A stretch of DNA of 64,000 nucleotides from Cetorhinus maximus (Eukaryota). Shown here piece after piece: positions 1-11,141 of the stretch. The stretch is taken from positions 118,606,001 through 118,670,000 of the forward strand of contig NC_135888.1 of NCBI RefSeq assembly GCF_964194155.1, written 5' to 3'. The position numbers were made by a program, and so were the translations under genes. The notes under the pieces are model-generated. The model saw only the letters and a list, made by a program, of their open reading frames with translations, was not told the DNA's origin and did no database searches. Positions within the stretch are counted from its first letter, which is position 1, and each line of letters starts with the position of its first letter.

Positions 1-910
1 ACTCCTTCTCTCAGTCCCTCCCTCATCTCTTTTTCCAGTACATTGGTGACTGTATTCATGTCACTTCCTGCTTTCACCATGAACTAAAACATTTCATTGA
101 CTTTGTTTCCAATTTTCACTCTTCTCTCCCCTTCTCCTGGTCCATCTCTGACTCTTTCCTCCTTGACTTCTCTGTTTCCATTTCTGGAGATGGGCTATCA
201 ACTAATATTCACTACAAGCCCATTTTACTCACACAACTACCTTGACTACACTTCCTCTCACTTCGCTTCCTGTAAGGACTCTATTCCATTCTGTCAGTTT
301 CTCTGTTTCTGTCACATCTGTTCAGATGATGCAATCTTCCATGCTAGCACTTCCGATATGTCTTCCTTCTCGCCAGCTCCAGTGTGATGCCGCCACCAAA
401 CACATCTTCCCGTCCTCCCTTTTCAGCATTCTGAAGGGAATGTTCACTCCGTGACATCTATCCACTCCTCAGTCATCCCCAGCTCCCCCTCTCTTCCCCA
501 CAGCAGCTTTCCATGCAAGTGCAGAAGATGCAACAACTGTTCTTTTACCTCCTCCTTTCTTACCATCCAAGGCCCCAAACACTCCTTCCAAGTGAAAGAG
601 CAATTTACTTGTGCTTTTTCCAATTTAGCATACTGTATTCACTGCTCACAATGTAGGGCTCCTCTATGCTAGGGAGACCATGCAGACCGAGTGACTGCTG
701 TGCAGAACACCACCATTCAACCCGCAAGCTTGACCCTGAACTTCCTGTCATTTATCATTTCAATTCTTCAATTGCTCCCACTCTGACGTTTCTGTCCTTG
801 ACCTGTTCCTGTGTTCCAATGAAGCTGAGCACAAGTTCGAGGAACAGCAACTCATCTTTCAACTTGGCAATCTGTAGCCTTCTGGACACAACATTAATTT
901 CAACAAATTT
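1..910 (+). mobile_element. Penelope-like retroelement 3' fragment (RT thumb plus GIY-YIG endonuclease), decayed
   Basis: Frameshifted translations give NYLDYTSSH..CKDSIPFCQF and CKCRRCNNC..FQVKEQFTC..SNLAYCIHCSQC, the Cys-rich linker and GIY-YIG N-terminus typical of PLEs. Truncated by the window start. Confidence 0.8.
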
Positions 911-941
911 AGATCATAACCTTTGTCTCGATCTTTTTTCA

Positions 942-1400
942 TGGGGCAGGATTTTCCCTCATCGGGAGGGCGCAGCGGGCGGACCCGGGAATGGCCACGA
1001 GACCGACCGCCACCCGTGATTGGGCTCCGACCACGAGTTCACACTGGCTGACCAATTAATGGCCAGCCAGCGTGAAATGTGCTAAGAGCCTCAGCGCTGC
1101 TGTGGTGGGGGCGGGGGGAGTGCTGAAGTGAGCACATGCGCTGAGTGAAAGCTCCGTGAAGGCACAGAGCTACCTCAGGGAGCTGAAGAATTTTAAAATG
1201 AGAAATAAACATTTGACAAATGATATAAACATGTCCCCACATGTGACTCAGTCACATGAAGAGGGACATGTAAAAACGGATATTAAAAAATGTTTATTGC
1301 TTTTTAGTAACCGTTGGAAACCTCATCCAACCCGTGGATGAGGTTTTGTGAAAAATGCAAAGGCCACAAGCCCGGCTGAGTATTTCCGGCATTTTACGTT
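942..1400. mobile_element. Non-autonomous Harbinger-type/MITE fragment
   Basis: Starts with GGGGCAGGATTTT, resembling the GGGC(G/T)G(A/G)ATTTT termini of other MITEs in the window. CpG-rich subterminal region. No second end found. Confidence 0.4.
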
Positions 1401-2065
1401 TTCTTTTCTCACTTCTAGAATCTGTTGATTGGCTGCAGGAAGGTTCACAACTGAACCCGGCCTTCCCTTTATCTAACATCCAGAAATAGACACTTCCAGC
1501 AGCAGTTCCTGGACAGCATTCAAAAGCTGACGCTTTCTCCCCTCATTAACCAGGTATTACTGAAACCAATTACAACACCTCTAATACTATAGCAGCTGAG
1601 ATCAGCTGGAGGTTGAATCTGGGTATTTCTGAACTATGTGGCTCAACTACACAAATTTACTATCCTATTGGGGGAGCCACATTTGTAGCATCTAACCGTA
1701 CAGTCATAAACTACTTTTCAAATTTTACATCCAGTTGTTGCTGTTTACAGAACACACATAGCTAAATTTGGAAGATGGTACTGAGGACAGGTTTCAAACA
1801 ACAAGGACACAGCAAACTAAATATAACAGGACCTCAGCAGATCAGGAAGGTTTCTTTTTAATTCTTTCACAGATTCTGGATATCACTGACAAGGTCAGCA
1901 TTTATTGTAGGTTGATGAGTGACAAATGGCACTTAACATGGACAAATGCAAGATAATGAGAACACAGAAGGGAAATAAACAGAATCAAGATACACTGCAT
2001 GAGGCCATTATTCACTTTGGGCATGGGCAAAAAGAGAACTAACAGATGCTCATTGGCTGCATGTC

Positions 2066-2485
2066 AGTTGTGGTGCAGTGAGGAGCACTAATTGGCTCTG
2101 AATCAGAAGGTTGAGAGTTCAAGTCTAACTCCAGAGATTTGAGTGCATTATCTAACCTGATATTCTGGTGGAATGCTGAGAGAAGATGCAGCCCTGCAGA
2201 TGAGATGTTAAACTGAGGTCCTGCCTACCCTCTCAGGTGGAATTAATGGGTTGCATAGCACTATTCTAAGTAGAGCTCTCCCTAGGGCGCCAATATTTAT
2301 CCCTCAAACAAATTATCTGGCCATTATTTCATTGCTGTTTATGGGATTTTGCATGCACAAATTGGCTGCTACATTTCCTACATCATAATGTTATCTACAA
2401 TGCAAAGTAAACCACTGGCTGCAAAGCACCAGGATACACCAAGGTTGTGAAAGATACTACATAAATGCAAGTTGTTCTTTCTTTT
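2066..2485 (+). mobile_element. tRNA-derived SINE with Deu-like central domain (SacSINE1/AmnSINE-type)
   Basis: A-box-like TGGTGCAGTG and B-box-like GAGTTCAAGTC. Core GATGAGATGTTAAACTGAGGTC..CTCTCAGGTGG. L2-like tail ..ATAAATGCAAGTTGTTCTTTCTTT. Confidence 0.75.
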
Positions 2486-2599
2486 ATGTTGTATACCCCT
2501 CGAGTTTTCCTTTCTGCAATGAAAAGGAATTTTGGACAGGGTGCATAATGAGTGGTCAATTAGCAACTGTGCCCAGGTGAAGACGACCCCCAATGACTC

Positions 2600-3110
2600 C
2601 AGGCTATAGGTCATAACAATGGAGGGGAAACTCAAGGTAACTGATGAACAGTTCTCAGGAAGCAGCAATGCAGTTTGTGCCAGCAAGTTGGAAAGCTAAC
2701 CAGATCTTGGGATGTATCGTTAGAGAAATAGAGCATAATTCCCAGCTGATATTAAGCCTGCGCAAAGCAGTGGTGTGAGCACACCTGGAGTACTATGTAC
2801 AATTCTGGATGTTATCTAATGTCTGGATTCCCTTCAGCAAGAGAAAATGTAGAAGAGGGCAACCTTTAAGGATCCAAGTAAATCGGAGAGGCTGCAGCGC
2901 CTAAAACTCTGAGCAGGAAACTCAGCTGAGACATAATTCTGAAGCAAATAGATAAAAATCATGACAGTATGATCAAGATTGCTACAAACTCTAGAAGCAG
3001 GGATATGGTCTCTAGCTTCAAACAAGGAAGATGCTTAGATTGTTTAGATTTAACTATGATATGCAACAATGTGGTGAATGTTTAATGAACAGTTGGAAGG
3101 AAATGAAATC
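2600..3110 (+). mobile_element. Old CR1 LINE ORF2 3' fragment
   Basis: Degenerate KANQILGCI.REIE and HLEYYVQFW motifs of the CR1 RT C-terminus. Confidence 0.55.
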
Positions 3111-3119
3111 AGTTAAGAG

Positions 3120-3255
3120 CGGAAGATGAGTCATATTGGGCTTGAAACATTAACTCTGTTTCTGTCTCCACAGATGCTGCCAGACATGCTGAGTTTTTCC
3201 AGCACTTTCTGTTTTTATTTCAGATCTACAGTATCCGCAGTATTTTGCTTTTATT
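3120..3255 (+). mobile_element. Penelope-type terminal repeat (pLTR) fragment with decayed hammerhead motif
   Basis: GAAACATTAACTCTG..CAGATGCTGCCAGACATGCTGAGTTTTTCCAGC..; same family as 5505-5861, 26015-26127 and 36800-36870. Confidence 0.65.
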
Positions 3256-5607
3256 ATAAGGGAGTCCAATAGTTTGGAGACATGTGAAAGGAGAATTGGG
3301 TAAACTTGAGAGAACAGGCGATTCAGCAATATTATTTTTTTGAAACTTACGAAATGGGCTGCAGAAAATTTTACACTCCTGTAGTTACCTATGTTTCTAT
3401 GTAACTAGGTTTTGCTCTCTATGTTTGATTCAGCGGCCATAATTCCAACATCAGAGTATATTCCTACGAGGGTCTGTCAGATTAGTCGGTATGCATGGCT
3501 GCCTTTGCAAATTTGGAGCTGATGTTGACTGCTTGGGTTGGTAGGTCACAGTAATAAGACAAACAAAAGGTCAAATGAGAGCCAGGTGACATTGCTGAAG
3601 TTTTATCTCCTGCTTACCAGAACATAGAAAACTGTTAAGTTATATTTTAGAAGAAAACATTTAATTCTCTTCCAGCACCACATGTTTGGAATACGTGGGC
3701 TAGAGGCTGCACACAACCTGGTCCCAGGAATTATGCCAACGCTCTTCTCGAGCCAGACCTTCAGGAGGTATGGGAGAGTGGAGTGTGAATATATCTGCTG
3801 ATCTCCTTTCCTTTACATGCGATAAGAACCTGACATCGAGGTCTTTTTTCTTAGGGAGCACTGCTGCCATCTGTGGTTCCTCTCATACTGAGCAGGATTA
3901 CTAATATAATAACACAATCATCAGCCAGGCAAAACTAACCTGCTTCACAATGTTCTAATCCCAGTTCTCATTCCTGCTGTCATCACAATGCTATATAAAC
4001 TGCAAACATTTTGTCAACTTGGTCCAAAATGAGGCAGAATAAAGTCAGAAAAGGCTGTGGAGGCTTATATTCAGTCTTAATTACCAAACAAACACTGTAG
4101 TGCTAACAGAGATGTACAATATGTAAAACACATTTAAATCAGTAAACACATTCTTGCCTTTTCTTATTTATTTTGCATTCTGGCCACTAGAGATCTACAA
4201 GGGATGCACAGGGCACAAATTTTCTTTTCATTGGAAAGGTTTCACTCAGATGCTTTTCATTGGGATCTGTGAAAGTAAACTATAATCTTCTGCTTTCATT
4301 ATTTGAAAAGTTGAAATCTTTATTTCAACTGTATTTCAGTTCCAATTCACACACCCTACTCAAACTCTGGGGTTATTTGTCTGGCTGGTAATGGCTTTCA
4401 AGTCCAGTCCTGGTGGGAGCAGGGCACAAGGAAGTGTCAGATCATAGCCAGCAGGAGCATTGTGTACTTGGGAGGGTCATTCCCTCCCAAGTCTGACTTC
4501 TGTGGGCTAGACAACACATTCATATAGTGTAGTTCACACCCCAATGATCAGTACCACAGTACGTCTGCAAGCAGGTGGGACAAAAGTTAAAGGATATGGT
4601 TAATTGTTATGATCGCTGGACATGCTGCTCCCTCCTATGGTAGCTGTTGAGTATCTTTGGAGTAGCTGGCACAGTTGTGAAACTGGCTTTCTGACAACTC
4701 AGACCCTTGTGGTGACACCCCTTGTGAAGATACCTTCCAAAAATCATTGCCAGTTAATTGTACTGGGGCGTGCAGAAATGCTGAATGATGTCGTTATGGG
4801 AGTATCGGCAAGTAGCCACTGAACATCTCTCAAGCAGCCTGATCTGTTCAATATTAATCCATTGATTGCAATCTTCAAAAACAATTCAGGTATTTTCATT
4901 GGGAAACTCAATGATGCTAGGAGGAAAAAATAAAGCTTCTAATTGCAGATGGAAAAAAAAAGGCCCATGAAATATTTATCTTGATATTAACATGTTTTCC
5001 CTCAAGATTTGCTTTACCATACATTAGTTAACAATCCCAGTTTATCAGATAGACACACTAGACGTTGGGGAATATCGTGCAAAACGTCCAGCTCCCAATT
5101 AATATTTAAATGATGATCCTGCTTGTTTGAAGTAAGTCTAATGCTGGTATTTTATGTGTCACTCACCCTCAATTTGCGTGTGTTTTAAAGTGGGTGGAGA
5201 TCTGGCACTATCTGTTTGTCTGCTCAGAAACTTCTGCTAAATTTAAGAGGAAGAGTGTGGATCCTGAAGGTGGGACAGGAAGTGGGCACTCACATGTCAC
5301 GCAATGCATGCAATCATGATGCAAATTGTAAGTGCATGCGGCGGGCACGTTCCCCAGTTGTAATAATGTGGCAGGGGCAGGAGGTGTCTGCCTCCACCAT
5401 CAGCTGACACAATTCCAGCTTGGGGCTGGCTATAAAAGGTCTGTCTCTGCAAGCATCCAGTCTCTGCAGGCAAGCGGAAATGTAAGCAAGTTTGTAGCAA
5501 GGTCAAAACAAAAAGCTAAAAGCTACTGCGGATGCTGGAAATCCAAAACAAAAACAGAATTACCTGGAAAAACTCAGCAAGTCTGGCAGCATCGGCGGAG
5601 AAGAAAT

Positions 5608-5648
5608 CAGTTAACGTTTCGAGCCTTCATGGCCCTTCGGCAGAACTG
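5608..5648 (-). ncRNA. Second copy of the minimal hammerhead-like motif (TENM2 sense strand)
   Basis: Exact reverse complement of 5762-5802. Confidence 0.6.
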
Positions 5649-5761
5649 GAGCATAGTTAGAAGAAAGGAGAAATATAAATTGGTCTAAGAAATATAAATT
5701 GGTCTCTTCCCCCCCCCCACCCACCTTAGACCAATTTATATTTCTCCTTCTAACTATGCTC

Positions 5762-5802
5762 CAGTTCTGCCGAAGGGCCATGAAGGCTCGAAACGTTAAC
5801 TG
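5762..5802 (+). ncRNA. Minimal type I hammerhead ribozyme-like motif (CUGCCGA core variant)
   Basis: CAGUU-CUGCCGA-A-GGGCC-AUGAA-GGCUC-GAAA-CG-UU-AACUG. Stem I CAGUU/AACUG, stem II GGGCC/GGCUC, palindromic AACGUU stem III. Core position 6 is C, not the canonical A. Confidence 0.6.
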
Positions 5803-6019
5803 ATTTCTTCTCCGCCGATGCTGCCAGACTTGCTGAGTTTTTCCAGGTAATTCTGTTTTTGTTGTAGCAAGGTCCTCCACTTGCTGGATCACTAGACGTT
5901 TTTTTTACGATTCAGTCTCCATATCGCTTGTCAGCTCTCAGGAAGTAACCCCCATCACTCACCCACTCTCTTCTGCCAAATCATCTTTTTGGACTTCCAT
6001 CACCCCCCCATTCAGCCAC

Positions 6020-7900
6020 GTCTGGATAAAGATAAAGAGCGGCTCCATGGTTCAGCAATGCCTCCCTGCACGTTTGCCTCCAGGTCATCTGGGAATAGTA
6101 GGAGGTGCTCTTCCCCAGGGATGGAATTAGAAGACTCTCCCACTTGACCAAGGCAACCTGAGATCGCAGAGGAGGTGGGCAGCTGTGGATCCAGACATTT
6201 TTTCTTTATTCATTCATGGGATATGGGTGTCACTGGCTGGGCCAGCATTTATTGTCCATCCCTAATTGCCTTTGAGAAGGTGGTGATGAGCTGCCTTCTT
6301 GAACTTCTGCAGTCCATGCATTGTAGGGACACTCATAGTGCTGTTTGGAAGGGAGTTCCAGGATTTTGACCCAGTGACAGCAAAGGATGCATGGATGCAG
6401 TGTTGCAAAAGGGTGAATGACCTCCTCCTGTGCGCCAGGATAAGTGACAATGAGACGTCGCATCAAAGCACCTTTCATGAGGGTATCGAGCAATGGGACT
6501 TTGCAAGTGGGGAGAGAGGCCAGGCTGGGAAATGCATGGTCAACATGGCACAAGAGGTCAGACCGTGTGACAGTTGTGCATGATATGACGATTGGGTACC
6601 AGTTAGAATGTGTGGCCAGTATGTGGCACGGGGATGTTTGGGGACAAGGGAGTTAGGTTTATTGAGATGCCATTAACTCTCCACTTAGTCATGCAGGATA
6701 AGGAGACCTTCAGTGCCAGGGAGAGGGCCAAAATTGGATGAGGTGTAGCCAACCTCAAAGTGTTAAGGCCTTTTGAAGAGGAAGCGGATGAGCAGGACAA
6801 CTGGTCTGTTGCAGAGTGAGGCTGGACTAACCAGCCAGCAGAATGAGAATGCCTCCAACCTGGTGTTGAGACATGGGCACATTAGACAGGTATGTGTAAC
6901 TGTGGTTTCCTGATAGACTGAGCCTCTTCTTAATGTCCTTCTTGTTGTTCTCTACTGCAGGTCGTCACCATAGGCTGAGAAGGTGCCCAAGCCCATAGAA
7001 GAAAGTGATGACTCCACCCTTGATGATGAAGACCAAGAACACCCTATGGATGCACTGTCATCTGCCTCTCCCTCATCCTCCACCAGCAATTACACTCACA
7101 CGAGTCTCAGAGGATCCATCTATAGAATTGGGGACACATGCTGATAATTACTTCACGAGCATATCCCAGCAGCTGAGCAAGGCTGTGTCAGCTGAGGCTC
7201 CTGACAGTGGGAGGACAGTGTTGGAGATCAGACCAATACTTTCCCTCAGGCTGATGACAGGCCTCTTGTCTTGGACACAGAAAGGCTGTTGGAGATCCAC
7301 AAACAGGCAGGGAAAACAGGCGGATGTGCACAGAAAACCTTGCACAGATGATGGAAGAGTCCATCCAAGCCTTGAGTTCTGCCATGGCTCCACATGTGAG
7401 CGCATGGCTTCCTCCATGGAGAGGTTGGTGACATCCGTGGAGAGCAAGTCCAATCGCATGACCCATATGCACGAAAACCTGCATTTCATCACTCTGGCCA
7501 TGGGCTCATGACAGCAGTGGCAAGGCAAGAGGGGAACAAGGGGCCTGGACTCCCCCCAGATTCCCCTTCTCCTCAGGGATACAGGGAGGTGCCATTGCAC
7601 ACCAAGTGGGAGGAGGAGTGCCAGCCAGCAGCCCTAGGAGCGTCCTCTCAGGGCATTCTCAAGGTGAACAGTCGCTCCTCATCCCCTCCTTTGGTGACCC
7701 CATTACCTCCAGGAGGTGGGGCTGAGGAGGTGCCGCTGTGCCCGTGCAGGGGGCCCCCAGTAGGCTGGTGCCCTCAAGGCCTTGGACAGGGGTTCACTGT
7801 CATCAGTCTGCTTCCTCATCAGCTGCTGATGTCAGGGCTGCACCAAGGTGTCATGGGCGGAAGCGAGAAATTAAGGCATTTTGAGGGCAGTAAGGCATGG
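6020..7900 (+). pseudogene. Harbinger-associated Myb/SANT-like gene, decayed (element A)
   Basis: APWFSNASL..EVLFP..IAEEV before the 6197-6383 insert and WMQCCKRVNDLL after it, followed by low-complexity acidic/Pro-rich exons. Contains stops. Confidence 0.65.
6197..6383 (-). mobile_element. 3' tail of the LINE family seen at 40200-43387
   Basis: GSKSWNSLPNS..KKAAHHHLLKGN* and the tail CAATTAGGGATGGACAATAAATGCTGGCC. Interrupts the Myb exon. Confidence 0.8.
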
Positions 7901-9787
7901 ATGTTGAGACACCATACATTTATACACACGTGTATTTTATATATGTATATGTTATGCCTATTGGAGGCACTGGGGTCACCAAAGGAGGGGATGAGGAACG
8001 ACTGCTTACCCTGCGAGAGCCCTGAGGGGATGCCCCTAGTGCTGCTGGCTGTCACTTCTCCTCCCTCAGTGTGTAATGGCAGCTCCCTGTAGTGCTGAGA
8101 AGAGGAACCTGGAGGGAGTCAAGGTGCCTTGTTTCCCTCTTGCCTTGTTACTGCTGTGATGAGCACATGTAATAAATATATAATGAGCCCAAATAATATA
8201 ACTAAGCTCCAAGCACCCATTGAAGCTCACAGGCCCTGGCGGGACAGCGCCTAACTGGCTAGGGGCTGCCCACCTTGAGAAGGGCGGTAGCTACCCAATG
8301 AGGTGTGATGATCTCTCCCACCATCGGAAATAACCTCCGGCGCTCGGGCTCTATGCCAATCGAGCAAGAGCTTAAAACTGGTAACTGTTGCTTCTTATGT
8401 TGTCCCAACGTAAACCATGAAGCTGAAGTGTCCTCTCTGGGGCACAGGCCTGGGTAAATTGTATAGAGACCCTGAGTTTCCCAAGCAACAGGAATCCTCC
8501 CCACTCCTCGGCATATAATATACATTACGCTATATTTTGTAGTGGGTGGAGTGATTCGCCTGCTGATCACCTCTTGTTTTTAGCTTTCACCGCTGGCTAG
8601 CACAACTATTGTGAAAAGAGGGCCAAATGCGTAAGCCACTCCTGCCAGTCCATAGCCTCTTCATCAGCAAGCTCTATGTAGTGCCTGGACCTATGGTGAC
8701 GTATGTAAGCTGGGTACCTCATGGATTCAGGCTAAACTACAGGGGACTTGGAGGGGGACTGGCCCTCAGATACACAGCATGCAGGTCCACTACATGTGGT
8801 TACGCTCTGGTGCCTACAAACCAGGCCCCCAGCTATGGGTAAATAGCCCCACTGCCTTGTGGGTATTCCCTCAGGAGAGCAGAAGGCTAAGGGAATAAAT
8901 CCTGACAGAAAATCCAGAATGGACGGTAATCTCTCAATTTATCACCCAGCTTTCCGGCAATTCCTGCAGCAGAACTGGTAGTAAACAGCACTGGCTTCAT
9001 CCTTTCTTTGGACAATATGAGCAATGCTGAGGGGGAGTTCCTGTTACTTGGGCAACTCAAGGTCTCCATCCAATTTTCTCAGGCCTGTGCCCTGGAGAGG
9101 ATACTTCAGCTTCATGGTTTATGTTGGGACAACACAAGAAGCAACAGTTACCAGTTTTAAGCTCTCGCTCAATTGGCATAGAGCACGAGCTCTGTTTACT
9201 TCCGATGGTGGGAGAGATCATCGCAACTCATTGGGTAGCTACTGCCCTTCACAAGGTGGGCAGCCCCCAGTCAGTTAGGTGCTGTCCCACCACGCCTACT
9301 TGCTTCAATGGGTGTTTGGAGCTTAAAGGGTTATCTCTCGACAGCCGGGTTGTGAAGCTGGAATAAAAGACCATGCGGCCTGGCCTTACTGATGGCCCTC
9401 TGTAGGTTGATGATGCACACATGACCGCTGTGATCAACAAACAACTTACAAGACTCAGTATGGACATTAATGCGCTGTAAGAAACTAGGCCCGTTCGAAG
9501 TGGGCCCCTTAAAGACACGCTCTTCTGGCAGGGGAAAACCCAAGAGGCAACACGTGAACATAGAATGGTTTTCACAGTAAAAAACACTCTACTCACAATG
9601 GTTGAACTCCTCAAAAAAGGCTCAGAGAGACTTCTTACATTTCACTTGTCAACAAGCTTGGGCCCAGTTAACCTCAGTGCATCTATGCCCTGACACTCAG
9701 CTCCACCCCAGATGTCAAGGATCAATTCTATAAGGCACTCGACACTGCCATCAGCAGAATTCCCAGCAGAGTGAGACTGAACCTTCC

Positions 9788-10776
9788 TAAGGGTTGCCAA
9801 ACCCCCTGGAATAGCCGGGAGACTATCGGATTCATCACCAATCTCCCGGCGGCTATTAATAGCAGTCAGGGAGATTTTAAAATGATAATTCTGTAGTCCC
9901 CCGCCACAGTTCATTCATGAATATTGATAATTGCGTTCGCAGCATCTGCGCAGATGAAGTGTGATGACATAGACGTAACTACACTCGTGTACTGTGCTCA
10001 CAAATGTCACTGCTACTGCTGCCTGCTTTTGTCGCACTGGGACTGTCTGAGCCTCGAGTTAACCTCCACATGCGGCTAAAAGAATGTCTCGGGACTCGAA
10101 GCCAGAGGGAGTGCCACAGCTGATTAAAAAGGCCTAAAAGGATCACTTGCCTAAAGACAGCGTAATCATCAAAGCTGCTGATTTAACAACTTTTTAGTTT
10201 GCGAAATCCCATTCATTTTGTTGAAAAAATGTTCGACTTGGTAACTTGTCAGGTGCTAGGACTGCCTAGGAAATGACAACCTAGGCTCTGCTTAAAGCCT
10301 GGGTCTTTCCTGCACCTGTATCAATCATTAAGGTTCGAGTGTGTTACTTCAACCCCTAAGATTTGGTGGGTGGAAGTGCTGCCAGTTTTTAACATGGTTA
10401 TGTTTTATTTACTTTCTTCTAACCTTGGTACATTAAACACAACTCACGTTGGTTTAAACATCCTAAAAGACCTTGAGGTAGTTGCTGCATTTTAGATTGC
10501 AAGCTTTTAAAGAGCTAATTTTGTGCTTCAACATTCCTCGGCAATAGAGGTCTGGACAGACTGGGGTGATATGAAGGTTAAATGCAAATGGGGAGAGAAA
10601 GGAGAAATGATAAATAGTCCAGGATAGTGGCCAAGGGAAGTGGGGTGAGATGGCAGGGTGGATAAGAAATTGGGCCCATAAAGAAAGTCACCCGCTCGTG
10701 CCACACCACTGGTTTTCCGTTATGTCACTTCCACCGATGTCTCCCAGAGTATGTCCAGCCAGAGTCGGCACCCTTA
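9788..10776. mobile_element. Non-autonomous DNA transposon (hAT-like termini) inserted in the RTE endonuclease
   Basis: Termini TAAGGGTTGCC and GGCACCCTTA. Imperfect flanking repeat ACCTTCC/ACCTCC. The RTE coding sequence resumes (GDF) right after it. Confidence 0.55.
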
Positions 10777-10829
10777 ACCTCCAGGGGACTTCAGTGCAAG
10801 GGTGGGTAACCACGACACAGCTAGGCCAT

Positions 10830-11141
10830 TGTAGTAACTTGAGACGTAATATACCTTTAAGACAAGTATTGTAATGTAAGGTCACATGATCATAATGCCC
10901 AATAGCAGAGCAGCGCAGGCTACCTCTATGTGGGAGAGTCTTGGGTTAGTTACTGAGGGGTGAAGACGGAGTTTTTATGTTGTGAACACATAAGAAGAGT
11001 TATATTGTAAATAAACAGCACGCGTTTATTCTAACAATGACCTCCTGATGTTCTCTGTCTCTATACCGATGCGGTCACTCCAAACAAAGTGTGCAACCCG
11101 GATCCTTTAGCCCCGGCAAACCAAGGGCACTGGATCCAACA
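10830..11141 (+). mobile_element. Solo LTR related to the Gypsy LTRs at 26185/28555
   Basis: TGTAGTAAC..ACCTTTAAGA..GTCACATGAT..CCAATAG..GCTACCTC..TATATTGTAAATAAAC..CA shares blocks with the Gypsy LTRs. Interrupts the RTE. Confidence 0.6.

Larger units (their letters stand above)
5505..5861. mobile_element. Young fold-back insertion of two inverted Penelope-type terminal repeats
   Basis: Arms 5549-5689 and 5725-5861 are reverse complements apart from a 4-nt indel. Flanked by the perfect 13-bp direct repeat TTGTAGCAAGGTC (5492-5504, 5862-5874). Confidence 0.85.

Noticed and set aside
7005-8092. Long ORFs of 168 and 194 aa as novel genes
   Set aside because: They are off-frame or low-complexity reads of the decayed Harbinger Myb last exon and its inverted duplicate.
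8680-8900. Possible HDV-like ribozyme at the RTE 5' end
   Set aside because: Such ribozymes are known in some RTE elements, but I could not assemble the nested double pseudoknot by eye. It needs a descriptor-based search.
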